Origin: Octopus bimaculoides
Taxonomy: Eukaryota
Assembly (NCBI RefSeq): GCF_001194135.2
Contig: NC_068991.1
Span: 1,671,950 to 1,735,949 of the forward strand
Length of the DNA: 64,000 nt
Direction: 5' to 3'
The first letter of the stretch is position 1; the number at the start of each line of letters is the position of its first letter. Below, piece by piece: positions 39,161 through 51,494 of this stretch. The translations under genes and the position numbers were made by a program. The notes under the pieces were generated by a model, which saw only the letters and a list, made by a program, of their open reading frames with translations, made no database searches and had not been told where the DNA came from.

Positions 39161-39260
39161 TATTGAACCTTCGAACAGGAATTTGAACCTTCGAACAGGA
39201 AGTTGAACCCTCGAACAGAAATTTGAACCTTCGAACAGGAATTTGAACTTTCGAACAGGA

Positions 39261-39261
<1 letters not shown>
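39161..39261. repeat. 20-bp minisatellite, 5 units (atttgaaccttcgaacagga)
   Basis: Five contiguous units with 0-2 mismatches each. Confidence 0.95.
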
Positions 39262-39298
<37 letters not shown>

Positions 39299-39329
39299 GA
39301 AGCGATGTTCTCAAGGAGTCAAAGATCAA

Positions 39330-39870
39330 CCATATCCACTCCAGGCGGCTGGAACATAACCGATCGCTCTCATAATAAGTAGATATGCAGAAAGCGAACT
39401 TTTCGTCAATGCATATCTTCTTTCATCTTTTATTTTACCACACTCATAGCAAATAGGCGGCTGACATAACACAACGGTGCAGGTTTTATAATTCGTGGTC
39501 CCAAACAACACTATTAATCGGTTTTGTTTTAATTCGTTTGCTCTTTTTATTTTTAGATTCCACCAAACTTCTTTTCAGCCATTTGTCTTCTGTTCATTTT
39601 CATTTATTCTCATTTTTTTGCTTCAGTCTTACTTTGTTACAGATTTCTCTGACTGCCATATCATGACTTTTACGAAGTTAAGAGACATTTTTTCACTGAA
39701 GGCAAGGATCTGGTTAATTTCTCCAATTTTGCTTTTACAGGGTCGAGACTTGTTGTTAGCAGATGCTTTCAGTCTTTTGAGTAGAAACAATTTGGCAGGG
39801 ACTTCATCCTCCTGACTGTATGGCGGTAGCCTCCCATGTGGTATGTCTTAAACACTTTAGTATCCCATAC
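39330..39870 (-). mobile_element. Possible decayed R4/Dong pre-RT region
   Basis: Minus-strand LLKRLKASANNKSR... and PPGVDMV loosely resemble R4/Dong KQKLKAKA.RLRRY and (S/A)PG.D.I motifs. Confidence 0.3.
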
Positions 39871-40709
39871 CAGAAATTAGACTCGTTTCTTCCTTTTATT
39901 ACTTATATTTTCCGTTCCATATGTCAACGTTTTTGTGAGCTAGTTTAGTTTTATCTTATATTTTACCTATTTTTATCTTATTTGTATTTTATTATCTCGA
40001 ATGTTCCTTGGAAAGTGAAAAGTGTCACATTTTATTTCATGTCTTTTCTTCAGGTTTATTACTTTTACAAATGAAGTTTTATTTCCGTGCTTGCAGACGC
40101 GAGCGCGATCGTGGCTGACTTCCTCTCTGTTTTCAGCTGAAGATGTTGCTTCAGTTTTGGAATCATGTGATGTTAATACAGATTTAAGACAACAGCCGAC
40201 CTCTTTGCATGGGAAACACACTCTCCCTAGATAGATAGATAGAGAGGTAGAGTGATTGATTGATTGATTGATTGATTAACTGATTGGTTGATTGACTGCT
40301 TGATTGATTGACTGACTGATTGATTGATGGATTGATTTTTTTGTGTTTACTTAATGGTTCCAGATCTAATTCAACTTCGGTTTATGAAGGATGCGTTTGT
40401 CTTGAACAAATCCCGCAGGATTCATCTACGTCCATAATTATTTCCCGAATCCTTTAATGTAAGAACTCTGTTGGTTACCATGTTCTATTATATCATTGAT
40501 CATACTGACCGACTTTGCATTTCACCCATCTGAGCTCGATAGAATAAGTACCAGTGACGCATAGGAGTCGATAAAATCGATGATAACACAGAATGCGCCC
40601 CACCGCCACCACCACCACCACCACCACGGTCAATGAACGAAACCAGTAAAAGAAAGCAAGAAATTACAGTTTATATTGTTGTTGTGAGTGTTCTTGTGGT
40701 TTCTGTTGT

Positions 40710-40907
40710 TAGAATCGTTAGCAAGCTGGGCGAAATACTTAGCAGTATTTCGTCTGCCACTACGTTCTGAGTTCAAATCCCGCCGAGGTCGACTTTGCCT
40801 TTTATCTTTTCAGGGTCGATAAATTAAGTACCAGTGAAACACTGGGGTCGTTGTAATCGACTAGTCCCCTCCTCCACACTTTGGGCTCTGTGCCTATAGT
40901 AGAAAGG

Positions 40908-40949
<42 letters not shown>

Positions 40950-40950
40950 T
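40710..40950 (+). mobile_element. SINE family A, near full length with (ATT)n tail
   Basis: gaatcgttagc...ttctgagttcaaatcccgccgaggtcgactttgcc...gtagaaaggattattattatt. Confidence 0.85.
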
Positions 40951-40954
40951 TATT

Positions 40955-41085
40955 GTCTTTGCACAGCTCCTAACGCTGGAGGTGCACTACGGTGTCAGCT
41001 GTTCACTACCAATGAACTAAAGTAACAGCCCTTATTTTTCGAGCATCATCCGGAGTATTCGAGCGGTTCGAAGCAGTGCTCCCCT
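40955..41085. repeat. Interspersed repeat Y (second copy 62580-62710)
   Basis: gcacagctcctaacgctggaggtgcactacggtgtcagctgttcactaccaatgaacta...ttttcgagca.c.tccggagtattcgagcggttc.aagcagtgct present at both loci. Confidence 0.8.
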
Positions 41086-41254
41086 ATTTGCTCCATTGAT
41101 TGATTGATTAACTGATTGGTTCATTGACTGCTTGATTGATTGTTGGATTGGTTTCTTTATGTTTACTTAATGGTTCCAGATCTAATTCAACTTCGGTTTA
41201 TGAAGGATGCATTTGTCTTGAACAAATCCTGTAATTTTTTATTTCTTTTAACAT

Positions 41255-41430
41255 AAAATTATGGCCATGCTGGGGCACCGCTTTGAAGAGTTTTTAGTCG
41301 GACGAATTAATCCCAGTGCTATTTTTAAAGTCTGCTACTTATTCTGTCGTTTACTTTTGCCGAACCGCTAAGTTACGGGGATGTAGTAAACCAACACCAG
41401 TTAAGCGGTGGTGGGCAACAACTACAGGCA

Positions 41431-41479
<49 letters not shown>

Positions 41480-41650
41480 ACGACGGGCATCTTTCAGTTT
41501 CCTTCTACCTAATCCACAAATCCACTCACAAAGCTTTGGTTGGCCCAAGGCTATAGTAGAAGGCAATTGCTGAATGTGTCACGCGGTGGGACTGAACCTG
41601 GAACCATGTGGTTGGGAAGTAAGCTTCTAACCACACAGCAACGGCTGCGA
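41255..41650 (-). mobile_element. SINE family B, near full length with internal (TG)n
   Basis: Tail ggccatgctggggcaccgc, body gccgaaccgctaagttacgggg, microsatellite, head actgaacctggaaccatgtggttggga. Confidence 0.85.
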
Positions 41651-41739
41651 TTTTGTTAATAGAGTCCAAGTCATTTGAATAAAAAAAATAAGTCAGTCAG
41701 GCGAAGATGAATGGTCAGTGTTGAATTGTGACTAAACAA

Positions 41740-42220
41740 TATCAACTACTACTACTACTACTACTACTACAATTGCCACAACTACTACTTCCATTACTAC
41801 TAATACTACCACTATGACTTCCATCACTACTATTACTAAAACTTCTCGTACTACTACTACTACTACTAATACTACTGCTGCTACTACTATTATTACTACA
41901 GCTACTATTCTACTAGTAATACCACTACAACTACTACCACCACCAACAACACTACTACTACCACTACAAATACTACTACAATTAATACCACCACCACCCA
42001 CCACCATTACTACTACTACTACTACTACTATTACAACAACTATTACTTCTGCTGCTGTTGCTGCTGCTACTACTACTACTATTTGCACAACATCTACTTC
42101 TACAACTAATATCATGACGACTACCACCGCCACCACTAACACTACTACGACTACTATTACAACGACTACTTCTACTACTGCTACGACGACGACTACTGCA
42201 GCGACTACCGCTGCTACTTG
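41740..42220. repeat. Degenerate (ACT)n/(ACC)n trinucleotide tract
   Basis: Source of the Thr-rich and Val-rich ORFs. Confidence 0.9.
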
Positions 42221-42728
42221 AGTTTGGAGATAAAAAGAGAAAGAACCAATCGGAGCTTGATTCAAAAAACACTTGCCAGGTTTGTGAAGTGAACAAAGAA
42301 AGATGCTTCTGTGAGTTTTAGAACCGTTCATTCTAACACCCGTTTCCCACCCGTTTCCATCTAAGGTATTTTGATGTGCGCCATGTTGTGTAGATATAGA
42401 ACATTTCGTAGATTATCCATTATGGTAATATGTTGCGCATGGAAATACCTTACAAGGAAACGGGTGGGGGTGTGAGGTGGGACGGGGGAACTGCGTTGCA
42501 ATGGCTGCTACTTCAACTGACACTGGTCTGTCTCTTTGTTTCACACGTGTAGTAAGTGAAACACACGCACAATATATACATGAAGATAGACATACATACA
42601 TATATATATACATACATACATACATACATATATTTATATATATATATATATATACATGCAGGTATATATGCACATATACATATACGTATATTTATACATC
42701 TATGTATAGACCGACACACATTCACACA

Positions 42729-42790
<62 letters not shown>

Positions 42791-43312
42791 TTATACCCAT
42801 ATATGTGTGATTGTGTATGTGTGTGTCAGTGTGTATAAATTTTAAATTATATATATATGTATATTATATATGTTTACACGATATATATGTACGTGTATAT
42901 TACAAATATATATATATATATATATATATAAATAGTAGGCAAACACGCGCCTGCGCACACTTACACGCGGAGAAATTAATATGTAATTACCAATATAATG
43001 TGGGTATGCGTTCCCGTGTGCGCGCGCCTATAATTTGTGTGCCTATGTATGTACATGTGTGTGTATGTGCGTGTGTATATGTGTGTGTGTATATCACCTC
43101 GCAAAGATAAAATATTACGGCATCATTAGCGTATTATTTGGTAGGTGTTGGCCGAGATTAATGGCTGGAACAAGAAAGAGCATTGTTAGATGCGAGGACA
43201 ACGTGGAGCCAACCTCGCTGCTGCCAGACCGCACTTCTGCTGAACTAAACCAGTTCTATATTGGAATATTAAACATGGCCACGGTTTCCTGTAGATCATG
43301 CGGCTTTCAGGG

Positions 43313-43343
<31 letters not shown>

Positions 43344-43632
43344 TTTGTTTTTAAACTGGGTCATTCTCTAAAGATATTCTTGGAATTTTATGCGGCGATG
43401 AATAATAATAACAATAACAATAACAACAACAACAACAACAATGATAATAATAATAATAATGCAAGGAAGGAAAACGTAAAATATATTTGCCACAGATGTG
43501 CTGGAGTACATGTATGCATGAGCTTGTGCCCATGTGTATATGTGCCCGTGTATGTGAGTGTATGTATGTGTGTGTGTGTGTGTATATAGATGTACCCAAT
43601 ATTTTTAAATGCGGGTATGTAAGTCAAATCAT

Positions 43633-43689
<57 letters not shown>

Positions 43690-44009
43690 CAAACAGTTTA
43701 ACATTAAACTGAAAGGTCAGTCAATACTTTTGGGAGACCATGTTTATTAAACTTGAAATCATGGTTTCGATCCCCAGACCGGCTATGTGTTTTGTTCTTT
43801 AGCAAAACACCTCATTTCATGTTACCCCAGTCCACTCAGCTGTAAATGGTCAACCCTGTAACGGACTAACCTTCCTATCGGAGGAAATGTTGGCCTGCTC
43901 GCCTAACCAGCGGAGGGGTATCATTCAAAGGCTAAAACGGAGCAAAGCGCAAAGTGGCCAATGATGTTTAACAACATTCGATAGTCTGGTCGATCACGTG
44001 ATCACGTGA

Positions 44010-44290
44010 TATTCCATAACAAACTGTATGTTTTCGTTAATACTATTTATGAGAGTCTTCAATGCAAAAACTCTCTCCAAACCTTCTTCCAGTAAGATAA
44101 AACAGTCATCTAAATATCTCCTCCAATTTCTCTTCAAGTAACTATGAATGTGGTTTCCATTTTCAACTTGGATTTCTCATGCATTTTAATGTCAAGGTAT
44201 CCATTACTAAATTTGCATCAGAAATGCTATCCAACACTGCCCCATGAGTTTCATGTCTGATCTGAAAATCTCTACTCTCTAAGATGAACT
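44010..44290 (-). mobile_element. Penelope-like reverse transcriptase fragment
   Basis: Minus strand ...DANLVM(fs)...GNHIHSYLKRNWRRYLDDCFILLEEGLERVFALKTLINSINENIQFVME; RYLDDCF is the PLE RT catalytic motif. Confidence 0.85.
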
Positions 44291-44349
44291 AGAATATCAA
44301 ATCATTGATTCAGTGGTAAATAAATAGATTTGGCAAAGAACAGACAGAG

Positions 44350-44457
<108 letters not shown>

Positions 44458-44465
44458 TAAACGCA

Positions 44466-44532
<67 letters not shown>

Positions 44533-46157
44533 TTATTTATATGTAAATGGATATAATTCTGCGTTCAATAGACACGTGAACATTATGTGGAACGCTACTC
44601 ATCCGATATACACCCGTTCCTTAATCTTCTCATCGCAGTCAGATGTGGAACAGAATCCAGATATTCGATGTCTTTCCTTCTTTTCATAGAATCTTCACAT
44701 CTGATCAACGTTATTCCGGAAACTATTAAACGCCATATTGAAAACGTTTGTGCATTCACACAACCTGATGTAATTTGCATATAAGTTTCTTATTTTGCAT
44801 AAAACTGCTAATTAGGTTGTATTTATTTCCTGCCTTAGGAGTAAGTAGCAGTATACATCCCGAATTCGCAACAGGGCGACCAATTTCTTCTCTCTCTCTC
44901 TCTCTCTCACTCTATCTATCGATCAGTCGATCTATCTATCTGTCTGTCTGTCTGTCTAACAATTTTCTGCCACTATCACTCTGCCTCTCTGTTTCTCTCT
45001 CTTTCACTATCTCTGTATATATCTGTATATATATATATGCCTGTGTGTGCGCGTGCACGCGCGCGTATGTGTAAGAGCGAAAGGGGAGAGCACTTGTGCG
45101 TGTGCTTGTGCGAGTCTTTCTGACCGTGTATGTGTTAGATCGCAGACATACGCTTATCTACCGATCTGTTTATCTCTCTCCCTATCTATCTGTGCACACA
45201 CAAGCGCGTGCGCAAACACACGCAAGCACACGAATTCATGCATGCATACTTCTATACCTGATCGTAAATACAGGACGGGAAGTGGGAGGAGTAAAATGAA
45301 TGACGACCGCCGGTTGGCTGATTGGCTGCTTGCTCCGGTCGGTTGTTCAGCTGTTCGGTTAGTCGGTTGGTCGGGTGGTTCGTTGTTCGTATTGGTAAGA
45401 CAGTAAGTTTGTGTGGCGATTCGCCAAGAATCGTAAGGCAAGGGAAAAATATGAAAACAAAAAGAGGCAAACAGAGAGAGAAAAAGAATGAAAATGATGT
45501 ACAGAAAGAAGAGAGAAAGAAAGAGAAATATGGTTGTTTCTTTGTTGATTTTATATTTATTTACTGTTTTTTTATTTTTGTAATTTGATTTACATTTTTT
45601 TATATTTTTGCAATTTCGATATGGGTCATAGCGAATGTCGGGCCGGAAGCCAAAGTCGGACATTTTGTTTCGTTTATATTTATTGTTTATTTATATTTTG
45701 TTTTGCAATGTCTGCATACAGGGGTATGCGGCGTTCATGTTTGGGGTGGTCTCTGCAGTGTTGTTATAACTAACTGTTGTTGTTGTTGATGTTGTTGTTG
45801 CAGTTATTTGTGCTTGTTGTGCTGCTGCTCTTGGTGGTGGTGGTGAGGTGGTGGTGGTGAGGTGGTGGTGGTGGTGGTAGCGTATGTAAGCTTATGATTG
45901 GTTTTGCGGGAAAGAACCTTAGCGACAACAAATACTAACGCTAGTGTTCTTGCTGTTATTGTTAGTGTTGTTCTCATTTGATGGTTTCAGTGGTGTGTTT
46001 TGGTGGCGGCTTCGGTTATTGAGAGATGGTAAAGGTAATGTAGAAGCTGTGGTATCGGTGGGGGTGTGTATGTGTGATTGGTGGTGATGGTGATGTAGTA
46101 GCAATGCTATTATTACTAATACTGCAGCTACTCAAAAGATGTCATTAGAAATAGTAA

Positions 46158-46500
46158 CGATAATAATAATGATAATAATAATAATAATAATGATAATAAT
46201 AATAATAATAATAATAATGATAATAATAATAATAATGATAATAATAATAATAATGATAATAATAATTCTTTCTACTAAAGGCACCTGAAATTTTGGGAGA
46301 AAATAATAATTCTTTTTACTCAAGGCACAAGGCTTGAAATTTGGGGAGAGAGGACTGGTCTGGTACTTAATTTATCGACCCCGAAAGGATGAAAAGCAAA
46401 GTCAACCTCGGCGAAATTTCAACTCAGACCGTAGCGACGGGCGAAATACCGCTAAGCATTTCGCCCGGCGTGCTAACAATTCTGCCAGCTCACCACCTTT
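46158..46500 (-). mobile_element. SINE family A with long trinucleotide tail (46158-46268)
   Basis: Reverse-complement family A body; tail reads (ATT)n on the element strand. Confidence 0.85.
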
Positions 46501-46598
46501 ATAATAATAATAACGGTTTCAAGTTTTGCCACAAGGACAGCCATATTTGTGGGGGAGGGGATGTATCGAAATATCTTCATGTAATACAACACATACAT

Positions 46599-47030
46599 TT
46601 AAATTGATAGGGCTTTTCTAAGGAAGTACGAAATACTTGTCAACACAATATTTTGGATTTCTCTGATACATGGTCCTCCTGGGATATTATCTAGATGTTT
46701 TTGACACCCCTTTCTTGTCATACCAAGGGCACCCACAATACCAGGAACAGTTCTCGTTTTCAGATGCCACATCTTTTGCATTTTAATTTCCATGTCCTTA
46801 AATTTGCTTAATTTGTCAAATTCCTTTACAGATATATTTTTACCAGTGGGAACACTTACATCTATTAGTCTACAAGTACTTTCTTCTCTGTTTTTAATGT
46901 CTGATCGATTAGTCTGGATTGTTCTGTCAGTGTTGACTGGAAAATCCCAGAGGATAGTGACATTTTTACCATCACCGACTGGCTCAGGATGAAGTCCATA
47001 CCAGTAAGCAGGAGTGCTGATTTTGTATTA
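46599..47030 (-). mobile_element. R4/Dong-type REL endonuclease domain, open frame to the stop codon
   Basis: YKISTPAYWYGLHPEPVGDGKNVTILWDFPVNTDRTIQTNRSDIKNREESTCRLIDVSVPTGKNISVKEFDKLSKFKDMEIKMQKMWHLKTRTVPGIVGALGM...IQNIVLTSISYFLRKALSI*; catalytic PD appears changed to SD. Confidence 0.92.
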
Positions 47031-47047
47031 TTATTATTATTATTATT

Positions 47048-47290
47048 GAGCGAGAGAGCAGAACATGCCATCAAAATGGCAGTGGGATAAAATATACGTA
47101 GCCTAATAGACCCATCTTGATTACTCGTCTGATAAAGGGACACCAGGCACATGCATCACAACTATATCTGCACAACATGGTGACCTCATATCAAGATAAA
47201 TAGTGCATGACCTTGCAGGTAGGGCCCAGTTAGAATTTTCTTCAAGCTGAGTAGCCCATCCCGTTCAAATGGTTCCTGAATAAGGTTTGA
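47048..47290 (-). mobile_element. Interspersed repeat X 3' end with (AAT)n tail
   Basis: Homologous to 26932-27040; ends in ...ctctctcgctc(aat)n on the minus strand. Confidence 0.7.
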
Positions 47291-47299
47291 ATATTAGTG

Positions 47300-47870
47300 T
47301 TCCTGACTTTGTCTTTCATGTTTGGTTGTGAGTGTTAATGATTTCTCTGGGGTATCTCATTATAATGATTGCCGAATTCGTACCTGTTTGTGGTATTTCA
47401 TCGATGTTTTCGATTCATGTAATAAGGCGCATGTCCTCTTTACTGTCGGAGACGCGGGAATCATCACTAATAAACAGGTCCTTCGATAAAAGACGAGTGG
47501 CCTCGCCGTTGACTTCGCAGAAGGACACCTTAAGCAAGTTAACATCAGATCTTGAATGTCTGCTTCTTCGGCTGAGTTGAGGAGTCTCACCTCGAGCATT
47601 ACTGGACAATTGAAGTGGAAATATCGTTGATGCCTGCATGCAGCCCTCTTTGAATCCGACTGTAACATTAAACTGTGTAGAGTAGAGTTTCCTGAAGTTA
47701 CCGTTAATGCCAGAGTGTATGGACTCTGTCGTACAACTGAACTCTTTTCACACATCCAGAATTTCTATGCATCTTCTGTAGGCCCGACTGGTTTACTGTA
47801 TCAAACGCTTTCATTCAATCACTGAAACCAGAACACCTTCTCCTGTACAGATAAGTATATGTCCAAGATG
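47300..47870 (-). mobile_element. RTE-clade LINE reverse transcriptase fragment
   Basis: MKAFDTVNQSGLQKM...SGC, FNVTVGFKEGCMQASTIF, RSDVNL...DLFISDD (cf. KAFDTV, GVKQGC..AP.LF, LLFADD). Confidence 0.8.
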
Positions 47871-48379
47871 ATGAACAAAGAGAAAACCAATTGAATGAAG
47901 TTTTGATATAAATGTTAATTTCAGACCAAGGTACACTGCGACACTGTTGGTTTTCGCTTGGTCTGAGTGGCGCGAGGAATATATTTGATTGCACTGACCT
48001 CGGTACTTGACTAGTACTTTATCTTAATGACTTTGCACAGATGAATAGCAAATTTGGTGTGGGTATGATTTGAGCTCAGAAAGCAATATGATACATCTAA
48101 ATCCCCCCACTTGCATTTCTGTCAAATACTGCTTTAATTTATTAATGATATCTGTCGATAGCAAAGTGGACATTAATGCAAACAATCAAGCAAACATACA
48201 GGGTAAAAACTGTGGCAGCTATTTCACTGTTGAAAGATAATGATGCGCAAAGATGTAGTTGGCAAGGTTACAGATGCTGCAAATGCTAACGTGACATTTC
48301 GTAATGGTGTTAATGGTTGTTGTTGCTGTAAGGGAGGTGGTGATGGTGGTTGCAGTGGTGGGCGGAGTGGTATTGATTT

Positions 48380-48450
48380 TGTTGTTGCTTAGCCCCAGGT
48401 GGATTTGATTGAACAGACCTCTGATCAAAAACATTCCACCTATAACCAAC
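48380..48450 (-). repeat. Short retroposon tail family C with (CAA)n end; copies near 7500, 8360, 12090 (opposite strand), 48640, 49640, 50170, 61715, 61930, 63320, 63900 (opposite strand)
   Basis: Recurring plus-strand motif (gtt)n tagccccagg...cagacct.tgatcaaa..cattcca...gaccatccc. Confidence 0.65.
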
Positions 48451-48693
48451 CAATATTGTTGATAGAATTAATTTGCCCTTTCGCTATTTAAGACAGAATA
48501 GTGTCATTTTAGGGGTATTTGGCAGCTATTTCTCGCATATCAAACGAGCGTATGGAAGATACTTCGTTAGCCAGTGCTCGTACTAACACTTGTTGTTGTC
48601 TTTGTCATCGTCATAGTTGTTGTTGTTGCTGCTGCTGTTTAACCCCAAGTCAGCTCTGAACAGCGGACAAAACTATGATCAAAAATATTACAA

Positions 48694-49025
48694 AAATCCC
48701 AGCTGTGTCATCTAAAGCGAGGACCATGTATTGCAATAGCTTGGGATTCAAGGGCCCACAGTTATTTAATGCCTTGCCAAAACATCTGAGGGATCTCCAT
48801 GGAGTAGGAGGAGTTGTTTTCAAGAAACAACTTGACCTCTTACTATCCAAAATCCAACATGAACCAATATGAAGGCAGGAAACTCAAAAGAGGGCAGCGG
48901 TATCGAACACCCTCCTTCACCAAAAGCCAAACCCATAGAATTGGCCAATTAAAAAACGTGATTACACTGACGGTGCCCCAGCATGGCCGCAGTCTCAAGG
49001 CTGAAACATATAAAAGAATAAAAGA
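48694..49025 (+). mobile_element. L2/CR1-group LINE 3' end and 3' UTR
   Basis: KIPAVSSKARTMYCNSLGFKGPQLFNALPKHLRDLHGVGGVVFKKQLDLLLSKIQHEP, then UTR ending ggtgccccagcatggccgcagtctcaaggctgaaacatataaaagaataaaaga. Confidence 0.85.
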
Positions 49026-49714
49026 GAGTGTGTGTGTGTGTGTGTAAGTACTAGTCTTAAAAGAAAACAGAAGTACTCGAGTCTATTCACTCGACTAAAT
49101 ATTCTTCAAGGCGGTGCTCTAGCATGGCCACAGTCTAATGTCTGAAACAATCAAAAACAAAAACAGAAACGATATCTCATACACACACGCAGATTCTTCT
49201 TTTAAGTCTTTGATAATATTGTAATCGTGTTTTGGAGTTTTGAAGATATTCGCTGAAAGGGATTGGAACAACGTTTTAGGAGGAGGCTGTAGATAAGGGT
49301 TTGTTTATTTCTAGTTCCATTCCCCTTCTCATCCAACAGAACTCTGACCAAAGAATTCCGTACTGTAACGTTGGACAATATTAATGTGTTTCTTTATTTA
49401 AAACAATGGTCTTCTATGAGAAGGAGGCTACTTGTTCTGACGGATCAATCGACTTCTTTGAGGATCTTTCTTTGGTTCTTGGAGTGTTGTAAATATACCT
49501 AAGGTCTAAAAGATCTGTGTGTATGTAGTTCTAAGAAGGGTGTGGATTTGGAACAAATAACCAAACTGCAGACTGGCCAAGATGTTATATTTAGGACAAA
49601 AGTGCTAACGAAGATATCAATGGTCGTTGTTGTGGTTTGCCCCCGAGGGTAGTCCTAATCTATTGGTCACATGATCAAAGTTATTTCTGTTGTAACCATC
49701 CAGTCTCTAAAATC

Positions 49715-49893
49715 TGAGCAGGTGCAGGTGTGGCTGAATGGTAAGGTGTCTGCTCCTCGACCACATGATTCCAGGTTCAGTCCCACTGCGTGGCACCTTG
49801 GGCACGTGTGTTTTTTACTATAGTCTCGGGCCGATCAAAGCCTTGGATTTCGAAGACGGAAACTCAAAGCCCGTCGTATGTACGTCTATATAA

Positions 49894-49937
<44 letters not shown>

Positions 49938-49995
49938 ATGTCGCTCGACAAAAAAATATTCAAGGCGATGCCCCAGTATGGCCACAGTCTGATAA
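49715..49995 (+). mobile_element. SINE family B (internally deleted)
   Basis: ggtgcaggtgtggctgaatggtaagg...ggttcagtcccactgcgtggcaccttgggca...ggcgatgccccagtatggccacagtc. Confidence 0.85.
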
Positions 49996-50723
49996 CTGGA
50001 TCACGTGCAGAATAAATGAAAATATATACGTTATCCTTGTTACAGGTATCTTCTCTTTTCAAGAAAAAAATGTTTCGTGCATGATCTGAGTGAGAACTGG
50101 CTGTTATTTTTAGCTTAGTCCAGTGACCAAATAGAGGCTTTTTGTTGCTGTTGTTGTTGCTGCCATAACTGAGCAGTGCTGACTGAAGACATTCCAGCCT
50201 TGACATTCCCCTTCTATCTTGGGCATTGTACATCTAGGACCACATAGCACAACGTGGCTCGCAGCATCAAAGACGGTCGGTGTCTTTTCCTGGGGCATTT
50301 GGTTGTTATTTCTAGAAGGTCAAGCGTCTATATGAAGGCTCCAAATGTGGCTCGTTGTTGACTGATGTTCATCATGGCGTCAGCATAGATAGTTGTTGAT
50401 GGAATATTTTTTTTATTGTGGCCGCTTTCCATGCTGTTGTTGATATTGGTGGTGGTGGTGGTGGTGGTGGTGATCGTGGTGGTTGTGATGATGATGATGA
50501 TGATGATCACGACAACGGTGACGACGATGGTGATGATGATNNNNNNNNNNATGATCACGACAACGGTGACGACGATGGTGATGATGATGGTGATGATGTA
50601 TCTGTTGCAAGGTTTATGAAATAAAAATAATTGAATATGTATAGCAATATGAATATACATACATGCCTGTGTTCTTATATATATTGTGCATAGATGTGTA
50701 TATTTTGTGTGCGCATGTGTTTT

Positions 50724-50756
<33 letters not shown>

Positions 50757-50836
50757 GTGTGTGTGTATGTGTGTGTGCGCGCGCGCGTCTTTGTACATGT
50801 ATATATGTATGTATGAATCTATGTATGTAAGCATGT

Positions 50837-50880
<44 letters not shown>

Positions 50881-51494
50881 ATATCCAACTGTATTTCCAC
50901 ACTCACGCATACAAACCTAGAGTAATGCAGTGCAGTTCTTTGCTTGCCTGCTGACTTGGCCTAATTCCAAGATTCTCATGCTGCAAGTATATCTTAATAT
51001 ATTCGCCAATGATGAAGTAGGCTAGCTCTAATACATCGTCGCACAATGGTCGAATGGTTACGGCAATATTTTACACGTAATGTCAAATTTCACAAGTTCA
51101 AGTCTTAGTACAAGTATCGTGCATGCTGCTATTTTAGGGACAGACAATCCTTCCTCTACATTCTAAAACATTCTCTGTGTCAACTGATGCGTAGAGATAA
51201 TAACCTGGTACATTAATTTATCTATTTCGGGTACTTGATATTGTGTCGCGAGACGTTTTGAGTTCAAATCCAACTCGTGCCAACGTTGACTTTTCTACTT
51301 CCACGTGGCATAAAACAGTAATGGTTGATATAACATGATCTTAAAAAAGGTTGACTAACATGCTCGAAATACCAGGTAAATCATGACGTGGATTTCGACT
51401 GAGAAGATTCCCAGTTCTTTAAAATGGAACAACATTTAAAATGTCGTATGTACGAAAACTCAGCTTGTATATATATATATATATATATATATAA

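Noticed and set aside
39161-39261. CRISPR-like array
   Set aside because: The units are contiguous with no unique spacers, and the context is eukaryotic.
40340-40362. ccagatctaa resembles the start of miR-750
   Set aside because: The match stops after 10 nt, there is no hairpin, and it lies in a local duplication.
41732-42331. Mucin-like Thr-rich ORF
   Set aside because: Degenerate (ACT)n microsatellite with no splice or domain context.
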